DNA of 64,000 nucleotides, taken from positions 1,433,352 through 1,497,351 of the forward strand of contig OZ251241.1 of NCBI GenBank assembly GCA_965240325.2. The letters run 5' to 3'. The DNA comes from Rebecca billardiae RCC1528 (lineage: Eukaryota > Protista > Haptophyta). The position numbers were made by a program, and so were the translations under genes. A model generated the notes under the pieces. That model saw only the letters and a list, made by a program, of their open reading frames with translations. It made no database searches and had not been told where the DNA came from. Shown here piece after piece: positions 13,193-23,316 of the stretch (its first letter is position 1; the number at the start of each line of letters is the position of its first letter).

Positions 13193-15467
13193 CAGGTGCT
13201 ATGGCCTATTTCTGGACGATGCCGTTTTCTGGACATGCGCGTGGCCATGGTGAAGCGCACCGACGAGTCGCCCGCCAAGCGGCGCAAGACGCCAGCAGCG
13301 CGCATCGCCAACCCCCGGAACCAGGCGGAGTACGCCATCAACAAGTCCAACCACGACGAGAAGCAGCGGCAGCTGCGCACGGCGCTGAAGTGGTGCCGCG
13401 ATGAGGCAGACGTGGGGCGTGCGAAGGGCGCGGTCGACCGCGCGATCAGCTCGGATCGGTGGCCCGCCTTCATCACGTCTACCTCAGCCCGCCGGACACG
13501 ACGGGGCTGACGCAGCCGCTCGACCAGATCAACCAGGTGCTGCACTACTACTGCTCGGTGAGTACCAAGAAGTGGGCGCGTTACCAGCAGTCGAAGCTGC
13601 TCGCGCAGCGCATGCGCGAGGTGCGCGCCGATCTCGGCGACGATGAGATCAACCTCGAGGACGCAGTCGACGGCGACGGCGATGACGACGATGATGAGGG
13701 CGGCAGCGACGACGACGGCGACGGGGGTGACGACTCGGACGAGGAGGGGCGGCGGCGCGCGGCGGGCGAGGGCGCGAAGAAGTCTCTCTCGAAGCGCGAC
13801 TTCCTCCTTCTCCTGGGTACTCGTGGGAGGGCTTCTGTAAGAAGGAGAGCGTCATCGGCGCCTTCAAGCGCTGCGGCATCACCGCGAGCGGCGTCGACAT
13901 CGGCTTGATGCAGCAGGACAAGTTCGCGGCCGCCGATCTGCTGCTCAACCCCGAGCGCGTGTTCGAGGCTGCTCCCGCGACCGCGGAGGGCGCCGGCCAC
14001 CGCGGTGCGGTGCGCCGCGCGATCGACTACGGCGCCGGTGGCATCCCGGCCGAGTACACGCCCGTGTCCTCCACCCACCGTGCCGGCTCGACGATCGACC
14101 TGCAGCACCGTCTCTCCGAGCAGCAGAAGGTGATCGAGAGCCTCCGAGCTCAGATCAAGTGGCACGAGACGACGGTCAAGATGCCCAACGCCGAGGAGGC
14201 GGAGGCGCTGCTGCCGTTCGACGTCGTGGGCAAGAAGGTCGAGGGCGGCCGGAAGCGCGCAAACAAGGAGAAGTTCGGCTCGGCCGAGCTGGGGTGCTTC
14301 CTCGAGAGCCAGGAGGCAGCCGATGAGGCGGCTGTGACGGCGGCCGCCGATGCCGAGGCAAAGCGCGCTGCGAAGGCGCTACGGCGCACCGAGACCGAGG
14401 CCGCGGCAGCTGCGAACTTCGACCAGCGCGATGCGCTCGAGCGCGCCTTCAAGGCCTGCGAGAGGGCGCGCGCCAACTCGGCTGAGCCATGCGCGTGCGG
14501 CGCAGATTTGGCCGCGACGTGCACGTGCCGGACGCATCACTTCTGCCCGCATTGCAGGCGCGTGCAGAAGACGGCATGCAAGAAGCAGAAGTGCCAGCCG
14601 CATCTCGTGGGTGCGCCTTCGGAGGCTGTCATCGACATCGACATGACGATCACGATGGATGACGCTTAGACCCTAGCAGTAGGTTTATATCGTAACGGGG
14701 GTAGAGCTCTGTCGTTAACGACTCGCCGCAGCGGAGTGATGACAAGCCTAGTCTTTGATATATGATCGGCCGGGACGAGACTGCTCGGGTACTCGTCTGT
14801 CTCGTGTGTCACGGCAGTCCAGTGCTCCGCACGCCGCATCCGACACAGGGGCGTCATGGCAGCATCGGCCGACGCCGACGGCGCGGCGCTTCAGGCCCGC
14901 GCGCAGCAGCGCACGGTTACCCCGGAGTGGGTGGCGACGCTGTCGCAGGAGGGTGTGGGCTCACAGAACTGGTGATCTAGCACATGGTCGGCTGATGAGA
15001 CCGATCGCGTGCAGAGCTCAGCTATCAGATAGCTGCATGACAACGCCGGTGCTTTGTGAGAACGCGCGCGCGTAGCATGTGCCAGGCACCGAACGCAGGT
15101 GAATGGACTACTGTAGTGGATCAGAGAACGCGTGGTATATGCCTGGACTAGGTCGTCAAGTAAGTCCAGCGAGCTACTGCGGCCCTTCCTGTCCAGTCTC
15201 AAGCATTCCTGGCCCACCCAACATGCGCACACAGCTTCACGACCGCACGTGCACGGTTTGTCCAGAAAACGGCATGTGCCCAGATCTGGGCTATGACGAA
15301 GTCGAGCACGTTGCTCACCAACGCGATGGCCGATGACGATGAGACTTCGTGTGCCTACCTTTAACTCCACGCTGGTTGGCGTGGTGGCGTCGTGGGCGGG
15401 CTAGTCCGCCATGGCTGGACGTGAGAGCTACTTGGATTTTCCGTCCAGAAATAGGCCATAGCACCTG
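13193..15467 (+). mobile_element. Non-autonomous Tc1/mariner-superfamily (pogo-like) DNA transposon, 2275 bp
   Basis: Perfect 26-bp TIRs CAGGTGCTATGGCCTATTTCTGGACG at 13193-13218 and 15442-15467; TA target duplication at 13191-13192 and 15468-15469. Confidence 0.92.
13235..14669 (+). pseudogene. Internally deleted, frameshifted DDE_1 (pogo-like) transposase
   Basis: SPPDTTGLTQPLD matches the pogo/Tigger LPPNTTxxxQPLD motif. SWEGFCKKESVIGAFKRCGI lies in a different frame after about 13815. An abrupt frame change at about 13475 joins the N-terminus to the end of the DDE domain. Cys/His-rich C-terminus. Confidence 0.8.
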
Positions 15468-15751
15468 TACCGTCCCGGTGCGGTGAAACTGTGCAAGTGA
15501 CGAGGAATCCGGACGAAAGCACGTAGTTCCGGCGGTCTGAGATCGTCTTCACTCAGGGGTTTCACTCGTTTAATTTGAGTCTTTGGCGCTAAAGCAGCTC
15601 TTTTCATTCGCTCGGAAAGCCACGAATGAGTCGAATACGCGGTAGGTAGCTAGTAGTAGCCTTGATCCCGCGCCCCAAACTAAAAGATAAGTACTCAACT
15701 ACTCATTCCGCTAAGACTTTCCAGTAAATTCCTGAGATTCACTCCCTTGCC

Positions 15752-18700
15752 ATGTCCACGAGCCTCGTCGAGAAGGAAGTGGTGATCGTCGGCAGCGGTG
15801 CCCGTGCGCGCGTGAGCGAGTGCATCAGCGATGACTGGCTCAAGCTCGCGCCGGGCAGCGAGATTGGCGAGGTCAGGCGCGACGGCGTGCTCGTGCTGCC
15901 CATCGCGCCCAGCTCCATGCAGTACTTGACAGCGCACAACATTGACTTCAACACGCGCGTCGGCGACGGGTTTGTCGACCCCGGCCGGCACGCCTTGAGC
16001 GCTGCGCCACTCGTGCCAGAGGATCTCGCCCGCCTCCCCGCTGGCGAGTTCGGCGAGCGCGAGGTGCTCGTGGTCGACACTCGCATCGACGCGTCCCTGC
16101 GCGAGTGCATCGAGCGAGCTCGCTCTGTCGTGCGTCCCATCACAGTCAAGCGCGATCGCATCAAGGCGCTGGGCGCGCACGTGTCCGGGCTGCTCGGCGG
16201 CTTGCCGGATGACGCCGACATCGGCGAGCGCTCCGGCCGCCACATCCGCGCGCTCATGCAGGCGAGGCGCTCGATGCTCGTGCCGCTCGGCCAGATCTCG
16301 CACGGCGTGTGCCGGCACCGCGCGCTGCTCTTCAAAGTGCTGTGCGACGCGCTCGGCATCGAGTGCGCGCTGGTGCGCGGCGACATCCACGGGGAGACGG
16401 GGGCCGGAGGGCCGGCCGGAGGGCACACGTGGAACGTGGTGCACGTCAACGGCAGCGCGCTCATCGTCGACGTGATGCTCCGCCCGGGCGAGCTCTACGC
16501 GGAGGGCGCGTGCGACCATTACCTCCGCCTCGCCGAGCGGAGCGGCGGCGGCGGCGGGGCGCAGCATCACGGTGCCGGGCTGAACAGCCTGCCCGCGCCA
16601 GCGCCGCGTGAGCCGTGGCACGTGCGACCGGTCGACGTCGAGATCGAGCGCGGCGCGGACGGCGCCGAGGCGGAGCTCGGCAGCGGCGGGTTTGGGCGCG
16701 TGTTCGCGGCGCGGCTGCGAGGCGCGCAGCCGGTCGCGGTGAAGCGACTAAACGCCGCGGGCGCGAACGCGCGGCTCGAGTTTGAGGGCGAGGTGGAGAT
16801 GCTGCGCGGGCTGCGCAACGCGCACATCGTGCTCTTCTACGGCGCGTGCGTCGAGCCGGAGAACCTGATGATTATCACCGAGCGCATGCGCGGCGGCAGC
16901 CTTCACGACGCGCTCGCGGGCGCGCCGGCGCGCGTCGCGTGGGCGGCCGCGGGTGCGCGGATCGCGCTGCACGTGGCGTACGCGCTGCACTACCTGCACA
17001 CGCTCGAGCCGCCGGTGGTGCACTACGACGTCAAGCCGGCCAACGTGCTCCTCAACGAGGACTACAGCCTGGCCAAGCTCGCAGATGTGGGGCTGGCGCG
17101 CACGATGGCTCACTCCCTCCAGACGGTCCCGGGATGCACGCTTGCATACGCCGCGCCCGAGGTGATGGATAGGCGCGCGACCGAGAAGGCGGACGTCTAC
17201 AGCTTCGGCAGGCTCGTGGACGACCTGCTCACTCGAGCGCAGAGCCCCCGCCCGCCAGCCGAGCCGCCGGCGGACGTGCTCGAGCTGAAGCTTCGCTGCG
17301 TGCAATGGGAGCCGGCCCTTCGGCCCAGTGCGGCTGATCTGGTCTGGGCGTTGGAACGCCATTGGCTGGACGATGAGCGCGCAGTTGACGCGGCGCCTCC
17401 TGTCGAGCAGCCGCCTGCGCCGTCGTGGCCCGAGCCACCGCCCGCAGCGCCAGGCCGCCCTGCCGCTACCGGGCCCGGGGAGGCGGAGCTGGCCGCGATG
17501 AGCTGGCCGGAGCTCTGTGCAGCCCTCTACCTCACAGCCTCCGACCCGGCCGGGGCCGAGTGCGCGCTGCGCGCGGCTGCGAACCGGACGGGGCCGGGAG
17601 AGGATGGAGATGTGGCGAGGCGGGATGCCGCCGACGCGGGCGCGCTCGGCGCGGTGGTGGCCGCAATGGGCGCGCACGCGGCGAGCGCGGGCGTGCAGTC
17701 GCACGCGTGCGCCGCGCTGCGCAACATCTGCACTGGCACGAACGCGCGCGGGCTCTCGCGCAAGCAGCAGGCTGTGGACGCGGGCGCGCTCGGCGCGGTG
17801 GTGCGCGCGATGGATGCGCACACGGCGAGTGCGGCCGTGCAGGAGCAGGCGTGCACGACCCTGGTCACCATCTGCGCGGGCGCCGATGCGGCTGCCTGTG
17901 AGCGCGCGCAGCACGCCGCCGCGGTCGGCGCGCTCGGCGCGGTGGTGCGGGCGATGCGCGCCCACTCGACGCACGCGGTGCATGAGCAGGCGTGCACGGC
18001 CCTCGCGGCGCTGTGCGCTGGCGACAGCGCGGCCAGCCGCGCGCGCACACAGGGGGCGGTCGCGCGCGTGCAGCAGGCGGCGGAGCGCGCGCAGCAGGCG
18101 GCGGAGGCGGGCGCGCTCGGCGCGGTGGTGGCGGCAATGCGTGCGCACGTGGCGCGTGCGGGCGTGCAGACGCAGGCGTGCCGTGCGCTGCGCAACATCT
18201 GCGCCGGCACCGACGCGGCCGGCCGCTCGCGCGCGCAGCAGGCGGCCGAGGCGGGCGCGCTCGGCGCGGTGGTGGGCGCGATGGGCGCGCACGCGGCGAG
18301 CGCGACCGTGCAGGAGCAGGCGTGCCGCGCGCTGCGCAACCTCTGCCTTCGCACCGACGAGGCCGGCCCCGCGCGCGCGCAGCACGCGGCCGCGGCGGGC
18401 GCGCTCGGCGCGGCGGTTGTTGCGATGCGCAAGCTCAAGGAGAGCACCGCTGTGCAGGAGCAGGCGTGCCTGGTGCTCGCCACGATCTGCGCGGGCGACG
18501 GCGAGGCCGCGCAGCAGGCGGCCGACGCGGGCGCGCTCGGCGCGGCGGTGAGCGCGATGCGCAAGCACAAGGCCGAAGCGGGCGTGCAGGAGCAGGCGTG
18601 CTTCGTGCTCGCCACCCTCTGCGACTTTTACGACGCGGCCGGCCGCGAGCGCGCGCAGCGGGCGGCCGACTCGGGCGCGCTCGGCGCGGTGGTGGCCGCG

Positions 18701-18946
18701 ATGCGCGCGCACGACAAGAACGCGGGCGTGCAGGAGTACGGGTGCTGGGCAATGGACAGCATCTGCGCTGGCACCGACGCGGCCGGCAGCGCGCGCTGGC
18801 AGCAGGCAGCAAAGTCGGGTGCGCCCGCAGCGCTCAAGGCTGCGCAGAAGAAGCACGGCACCTCCCGGCCACAGCTGCAGGAGCGGACAGCCAGTATGCT
18901 CACGCAGCTGAGCAACCTGAGCCTCAGCAGCGGCAGTGCGTCGTAG
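15752..18946 (+). CDS. EDR1/CTR1-domain Raf-like (TKL) protein kinase with C-terminal armadillo repeats
   Basis: EDR1 motifs GVCRHRALLFKVLCD..HTWNVV..IVDVM; kinase motifs GSGGFGRV, AVK, HYDVKPANVLL, ADVG, YAAPE, KADVYSFG; about 8 repeats of AGALGAVVxAMxAH...VQEQACxAL. Intronless. Confidence 0.9.
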   Translation: MSTSLVEKEVVIVGSGARARVSECISDDWLKLAPGSEIGEVRRDGVLVLPIAPSSMQYLTAHNIDFNTRVGDGFVDPGRHALSAAPLVPEDLARLPAGEFGEREVLVVDTRIDASLRECIERARSVVRPITVKRDRIKALGAHVSGLLGGLPDDADIGERSGRHIRALMQARRSMLVPLGQISHGVCRHRALLFKVLCDALGIECALVRGDIHGETGAGGPAGGHTWNVVHVNGSALIVDVMLRPGELYAEGACDHYLRLAERSGGGGGAQHHGAGLNSLPAPAPREPWHVRPVDVEIERGADGAEAELGSGGFGRVFAARLRGAQPVAVKRLNAAGANARLEFEGEVEMLRGLRNAHIVLFYGACVEPENLMIITERMRGGSLHDALAGAPARVAWAAAGARIALHVAYALHYLHTLEPPVVHYDVKPANVLLNEDYSLAKLADVGLARTMAHSLQTVPGCTLAYAAPEVMDRRATEKADVYSFGRLVDDLLTRAQSPRPPAEPPADVLELKLRCVQWEPALRPSAADLVWALERHWLDDERAVDAAPPVEQPPAPSWPEPPPAAPGRPAATGPGEAELAAMSWPELCAALYLTASDPAGAECALRAAANRTGPGEDGDVARRDAADAGALGAVVAAMGAHAASAGVQSHACAALRNICTGTNARGLSRKQQAVDAGALGAVVRAMDAHTASAAVQEQACTTLVTICAGADAAACERAQHAAAVGALGAVVRAMRAHSTHAVHEQACTALAALCAGDSAASRARTQGAVARVQQAAERAQQAAEAGALGAVVAAMRAHVARAGVQTQACRALRNICAGTDAAGRSRAQQAAEAGALGAVVGAMGAHAASATVQEQACRALRNLCLRTDEAGPARAQHAAAAGALGAAVVAMRKLKESTAVQEQACLVLATICAGDGEAAQQAADAGALGAAVSAMRKHKAEAGVQEQACFVLATLCDFYDAAGRERAQRAADSGALGAVVAAMRAHDKNAGVQEYGCWAMDSICAGTDAAGSARWQQAAKSGAPAALKAAQKKHGTSRPQLQERTASMLTQLSNLSLSSGSAS

Positions 18947-19339
18947 CCGGTGACGTCGCCGGCCGCGAACGGCACGGTCCGAGCCGCAGGCCCGCAGCAG
19001 CCGACCGGCCCGGGCGGGTCAGTCCGACTCAGTACCGCCTGCTAGGGGTAAGGGGTAACTCCGCGCCGCGCCCCCGCCCGGCGCTGACGCGCAGACGCGG
19101 TTACTCGGGTATTACTGGGCACTGGCAACGCGCCTAATGCTACTGCCACGACAGTAAAGAAATAATCGATTTTCGGCGTAACCGTAACCCGTCCGCACTT
19201 CCGCCCAGTGGGGATGCGCGTAGTTGGAATTTTTTTCATGCCGCGCGTTCGCGGCACTTCACCGTTCGCGCCGCGCTGTTATTATTATTGCGATATATAT
19301 ATATATAGACGATATAGATATATAGCAGACGATCGTCGA

Positions 19340-19341
<2 letters not shown>

Positions 19342-19426
<85 letters not shown>
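19342..19426. repeat. (TA)n microsatellite
   Basis: Roughly 40 TA units between two convergent genes. Confidence 0.97.
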
Positions 19427-19429
<3 letters not shown>

Positions 19430-19540
19430 TGCGGCGGCGCCGGTCAGTCATTAGGGCGGACTGCTGCTGTCAGGCTCGTCTACGTTTCATATCCGAATGC
19501 ATCGTCAGCAGCAATAGCAGCGCTACCGTGCGTCTGCCGT

Positions 19541-22492
19541 CTACACGGCAGCGGACCACGAGAAGCCGGCCAGCGCCTGGCGCATCGCAGCGTGCGTCGC
19601 GCGGTTGAACTTGTCCGCCGCGTCCGCCTCCGCCTCGTCGAACAGGGCCTCGAGCAACCCGAAGATGATATGCCTGTCCTCCTCCACGGAGGACATGGAG
19701 GCGCGCACGTCGAACGTGGTCAGCGCCGAGACGAACGCGGAGCGGTCGCGCGCGAGCGCCGCCGCGACCGCGCGGAGCTCGTCGGTGGGCAGCGCCAGCC
19801 CGATCGGCAGTTCCTCGAGCGCGGCGATGAGCACCTCGACTGGCGGTCGGGGCGGCGGTGCGGTGCGGCGCGCACGCGCGGGGCGGGCGCGCGGGCGTGA
19901 GCGGTGCGCGCTCGCGAGGTGCACGCGCCCCGCCGCGTGCCCCGCGCGCCCGCGCGCCCCCACCGCCGCGCGCACAGAGGCACCACGCGCGCGTGAGGCA
20001 CACGGGCGCCGTCCACGGCTGCAGCACGAGCACGACCCGCCCAGTCGCGCGCACGACGTCGCCGATGTGCCGAACTTCTTGTCGGGTGGTGCCCTGGCGC
20101 ATGCAGAGGACGTCGATCCCTGCGCCGCGCGGCGCGAGGCGCGGCGGGGCGCGGGGCACGCGCGCGCGCCGCGGCGTGAGCCGTGCGCGGGCATGGGGGC
20201 GACGGCGGAGGGCGCGAGCTCGGCAGCGCGCGCGCCCCCACGCGCGCGCACACACGCCGCGCCGGCGGCCCGCCCACTGGCTCGGGTGGGGTCGGGGCGG
20301 CGCGAGGCCGCGCGCGAGCCAGCCGGCGCGCGCGGCGCGAGCTCGCGAAAGCGCACGCACGGTGCGCGCGGTGACGCACTGCCGCGCCCGCCGCTGCGCG
20401 CGAGATGCAATCTCGCCGCGCGCGAGATGCAATCTCGCGGGGAGCGCGCGCGCGCGCGCACACGGAGGCGCGCGAGATGCAATCTCGCGGGGAAGGCGCG
20501 CGCGCGCACGCGCGCACAGAGGTAGGTGTCTGTGGGCTTCAGGTCGTGGATGCGCGCGTACAGCTCGATGGCGGAGAGCATCGCGTCGAAGTCGCACGCC
20601 TGCGCGTGGCTCACGAACAGGTTCGCGCGCGCCACCGCCGCGGAGCCGTCCGTCGTGCGCCTGCCCTCCACCATCTCCACCAGTGAACTCGGACCGGCCG
20701 CCGGCCCGCCCAGCCCGCGTAATCGGCGCGCGGCCGGGGACGCGCTGAGCTGCCGGGCGACGAGTCCGATTTGGTAGGAGGCGACGCCGCGCGGGGCGCC
20801 GAGCTCGGCCTGCAGCGCGCGCACGTACCCCAGCTGCACGCCCAGCAGCAGGTGCGGCCGCTCCGCCGCGAGCTCGGCCGCTTCGGGCAGAGCGATGGTG
20901 ACGGTGGCGGCGGCGGTGGCGCCGGCCGCGGCGGCGCTCGGCCGGCTCTGCGCGGTTGGATAGATGATGTGTGACCGCGGCCGCTGCTGCGTGAACACGG
21001 CTTGCGTGTGCGCGGTCGAGACCAGGCTGTGCGGCGTGCGGCGAGCCTCCGCCGAGAGCGCACCGCTCGCGACGCAGCGGCACAGCCGGCGCACCGCACG
21101 CCACGCAAGCGAGCACAGCCGCGCCGCGGCCGCGAGCAGAGCGCGCGACGCCCGCTCGAGGGGCCATGGCGCGAGCTCGCGGCCGAGCGGTGCGAACGTG
21201 GTGGCGTGCACGGCGGCGCTGCCGTTGAGCGCGGTGTGGAAGACGCCGACCACGACGCAGTTGGCCCACGGCCGCACCATCGCGGCGGGCAGCCCCATCC
21301 CCGCAAACAGCGCGATCGCAGACGCTAGGTTGGTGCATCCCATCGCGCGAGTCAGCCGGCGCGCGACGCCCGGCGGCAGCGACGTGAGCACCTTGCGCGC
21401 GCGCCAGTGCGTGTGCAGCGAGAGCGCGAGGACGAGGAGCGGGAGCAGCACGGCGCCGGTGCCCACCTGCACGACCTCCAGTGCCTGCGGCGCCGAGAAG
21501 AACCAGCACGCGCCCGTCCCGACGTCGAGCGCAGCAATGGCCGCCACGAACGCAAGCAGCCGGCGGCGCGCGCGCGGGCTGTGCGCGAGCGTGGGCGAGG
21601 CGAAGCGCGCGCCGTCGACGTCGGCGGAGGGCCACGCGGCCTGCGCCCAGTAGAGCAGGAAGAGGGTGCCCGCGACCACGCCGATCGAGACGTACGCGAT
21701 GAAGAGGATCAGCCACACCGGGTATGGCACACGCACTGGGCCGTGCAAGCACCGGATGCCGAGCCGGAGCAGCTGCGCGGCCAGCTCGAGCAGCAGCACC
21801 GCCTGCGCGATGCCCGGCGACAGGCGGCCGTCCGCGCGGTAGAAGGCGCGCAGCCGGTTGACGAGGAGCTCGACGAGCACGGCGTGCTGCACGCCGAGCA
21901 GCACGTCGCGCGCGACCCATGCGGGTGAGAAGGGCAAAGCGGCCCACACCGTCTCCGAGCGGGCAAAGCGCGCGCGCACGTCCGCGCCCGCGAGGAGCGC
22001 GTCCATCAGCGGCTGCGCGCCGCGGTGCGTGATGTCGGCGGCGGGCGGGTGGGGCAGGCTGCGCGAGTCGCCCGGCCAGAAGTGGTGGTACCGCCATCCC
22101 GGCAGCGGGTCGAAGGCCAGGCCGGCCGCGCCGCTATAGAGGAGGTACCCGACCGCGCCCGCGGCGCCCGCGGCGCGCGCGATCGACTCGAGCGAGCAGT
22201 CGCTGAGCGGCGGGCTGTGCTTCACGACGATGGTGCCGTCGAGCGAGCGCGCGCCCACGTACACGGGCGGGCACAGCCGGTCGTTCCACTCGTCCGACGG
22301 CGTGAGCACCACGCGCGCGCGCACGTCAAACGCGGCGGGCGTGAACGCGAACGGCGCGGCGAGGAGCTCGACGCCGAGAAGGTGCGGCGGGCCGGCCTCG
22401 ATGACGAGGCGCGCGCTCGCGGGGCGCGCCGCGAGGAGCGTGAGGAGGGCGACGACGGGCGCCCGTCGCAGCCACGGGCGCCGCTGGCGCAT
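19541..22492 (-). CDS. Signal peptide-PA domain-7TM-HET/TIR-like domain receptor (paralogue A)
   Basis: Signal peptide ending ..ASA; PA-like DGTIVV..CSLESIARAAGAAGAVGYLLY; seven hydrophobic segments. Exons 22492-20518, 20119-19976 and 19839-19541 splice to LFVSHAQ..YLWIDVLCMRQ..RVVLVLQPWTAPVCLTRAWCLFEV. Confidence 0.85.
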   Translation of the reverse strand: MRQRRPWLRRAPVVALLTLLAARPASARLVIEAGPPHLLGVELLAAPFAFTPAAFDVRARVVLTPSDEWNDRLCPPVYVGARSLDGTIVVKHSPPLSDCSLESIARAAGAAGAVGYLLYSGAAGLAFDPLPGWRYHHFWPGDSRSLPHPPAADITHRGAQPLMDALLAGADVRARFARSETVWAALPFSPAWVARDVLLGVQHAVLVELLVNRLRAFYRADGRLSPGIAQAVLLLELAAQLLRLGIRCLHGPVRVPYPVWLILFIAYVSIGVVAGTLFLLYWAQAAWPSADVDGARFASPTLAHSPRARRRLLAFVAAIAALDVGTGACWFFSAPQALEVVQVGTGAVLLPLLVLALSLHTHWRARKVLTSLPPGVARRLTRAMGCTNLASAIALFAGMGLPAAMVRPWANCVVVGVFHTALNGSAAVHATTFAPLGRELAPWPLERASRALLAAAARLCSLAWRAVRRLCRCVASGALSAEARRTPHSLVSTAHTQAVFTQQRPRSHIIYPTAQSRPSAAAAGATAAATVTIALPEAAELAAERPHLLLGVQLGYVRALQAELGAPRGVASYQIGLVARQLSASPAARRLRGLGGPAAGPSSLVEMVEGRRTTDGSAAVARANLFVSHAQACDFDAMLSAIELYARIHDLKPTDTYLCARVRARAFPARLHLARLRVRARARSPRDCISRAARLHLARSGGRGSASPRAPCVRFRELAPRAPAGSRAASRRPDPTRASGRAAGAACVRARGGARAAELAPSAVAPMPAHGSRRGARACPAPRRASRRAAQGSTSSACARAPPDKKFGTSATSCARLGGSCSCCSRGRRPCASRARGASVRAAVGARGRAGHAAGRVHLASAHRSRPRARPARARRTAPPPRPPVEVLIAALEELPIGLALPTDELRAVAAALARDRSAFVSALTTFDVRASMSSVEEDRHIIFGLLEALFDEAEADAADKFNRATHAAMRQALAGFSWSAAV
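20395..20490. repeat. Three copies of the palindromic unit GCGAGATGCAATCTCGC within an intron
   Basis: Directly visible. Confidence 0.85.
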
Positions 22493-23316
22493 GATGACAG
22501 CGTCGCAGGGCCGCTTTTACTTGCTTGACCCTGTGCAATGTTTAGTTGTTTACGCTCCAACAGTCAACCGCAGTTGAACGGTTGAACCGCAGTTTATAAT
22601 AACCTTGACAGTTGACGCTGTGCAGCATAAAAGGCCCCACGTCGTCACTCGTCAAAAGTCAATATACAACTCAACGCTCAATAATCAATTCAGGCCAGCG
22701 ACTCAGTACCCCTAGTAATCCCGACAAGAGACTGTCTGAGACTCATTTGAGATTCTGGGCTCTGATGAATACCAGAGTGCATTTGGGCATTGCCACTCAA
22801 TAGCAACCAGTTAACGGTAAGTAATAAGTTTGACGAACTATTGGCAACGCTAGCTCTCCGCTCCCACACTTGTTGGGGCAACACACTTGTTGGGGCAACG
22901 GCCCAATGGCAACCGCCGCCAAACTGCGGGCGACACGCACGTGTCGATAGCGAAGACCTGGCAGGTCTGAATGTGCCATGTCCGCTCCCCGGGCGCGTGT
23001 GAGGCCCCATATCCGGCGCGGGAGGCCCTAATGGCGCAAAGACACCGAGGTAGTCGGCCGATCCGCCGATTCACGGTCCGTGGCTGCGGAGAGTTCGCAC
23101 ACACAGCGGGGAGAGTTCGGCGGCGCGGGTTCCGGGGTTCGGCTCGGTCAGCACGCGCCTCTGCGGCGGGTTGGTGCACATTTGCTGAGCATGAAGGCTC
23201 CACCCGTTCCACGAGGTGTTGTTCCGCCTCCAGGCGCCCCGCACCCCGGTCGTGGCGGCAGGATGGCGATCAAGTGGCGCGTGGCCGACGTGCGGCCCGA
23301 GCGAAACGTGACTTGG

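Noticed and set aside
14985-15030. CTGATGA motifs here and near 7574, 22762, 47180 and 58375 as hammerhead ribozyme cores
   Set aside because: No stem II followed by GAAA and no compatible flanking helices found.
17620-18800. Regularly spaced DNA repeats (gcgggcgcgctcggcgcggtggtg)
   Set aside because: Explained by coding armadillo repeats.
19236-19608. IYIYIY ORFs
   Set aside because: Translation of a (TA)n microsatellite.
22865-22899. 17-bp tandem duplication (cacacttgttggggcaa x2)
   Set aside because: Only two copies; probably slippage or an excision footprint, with no further support.
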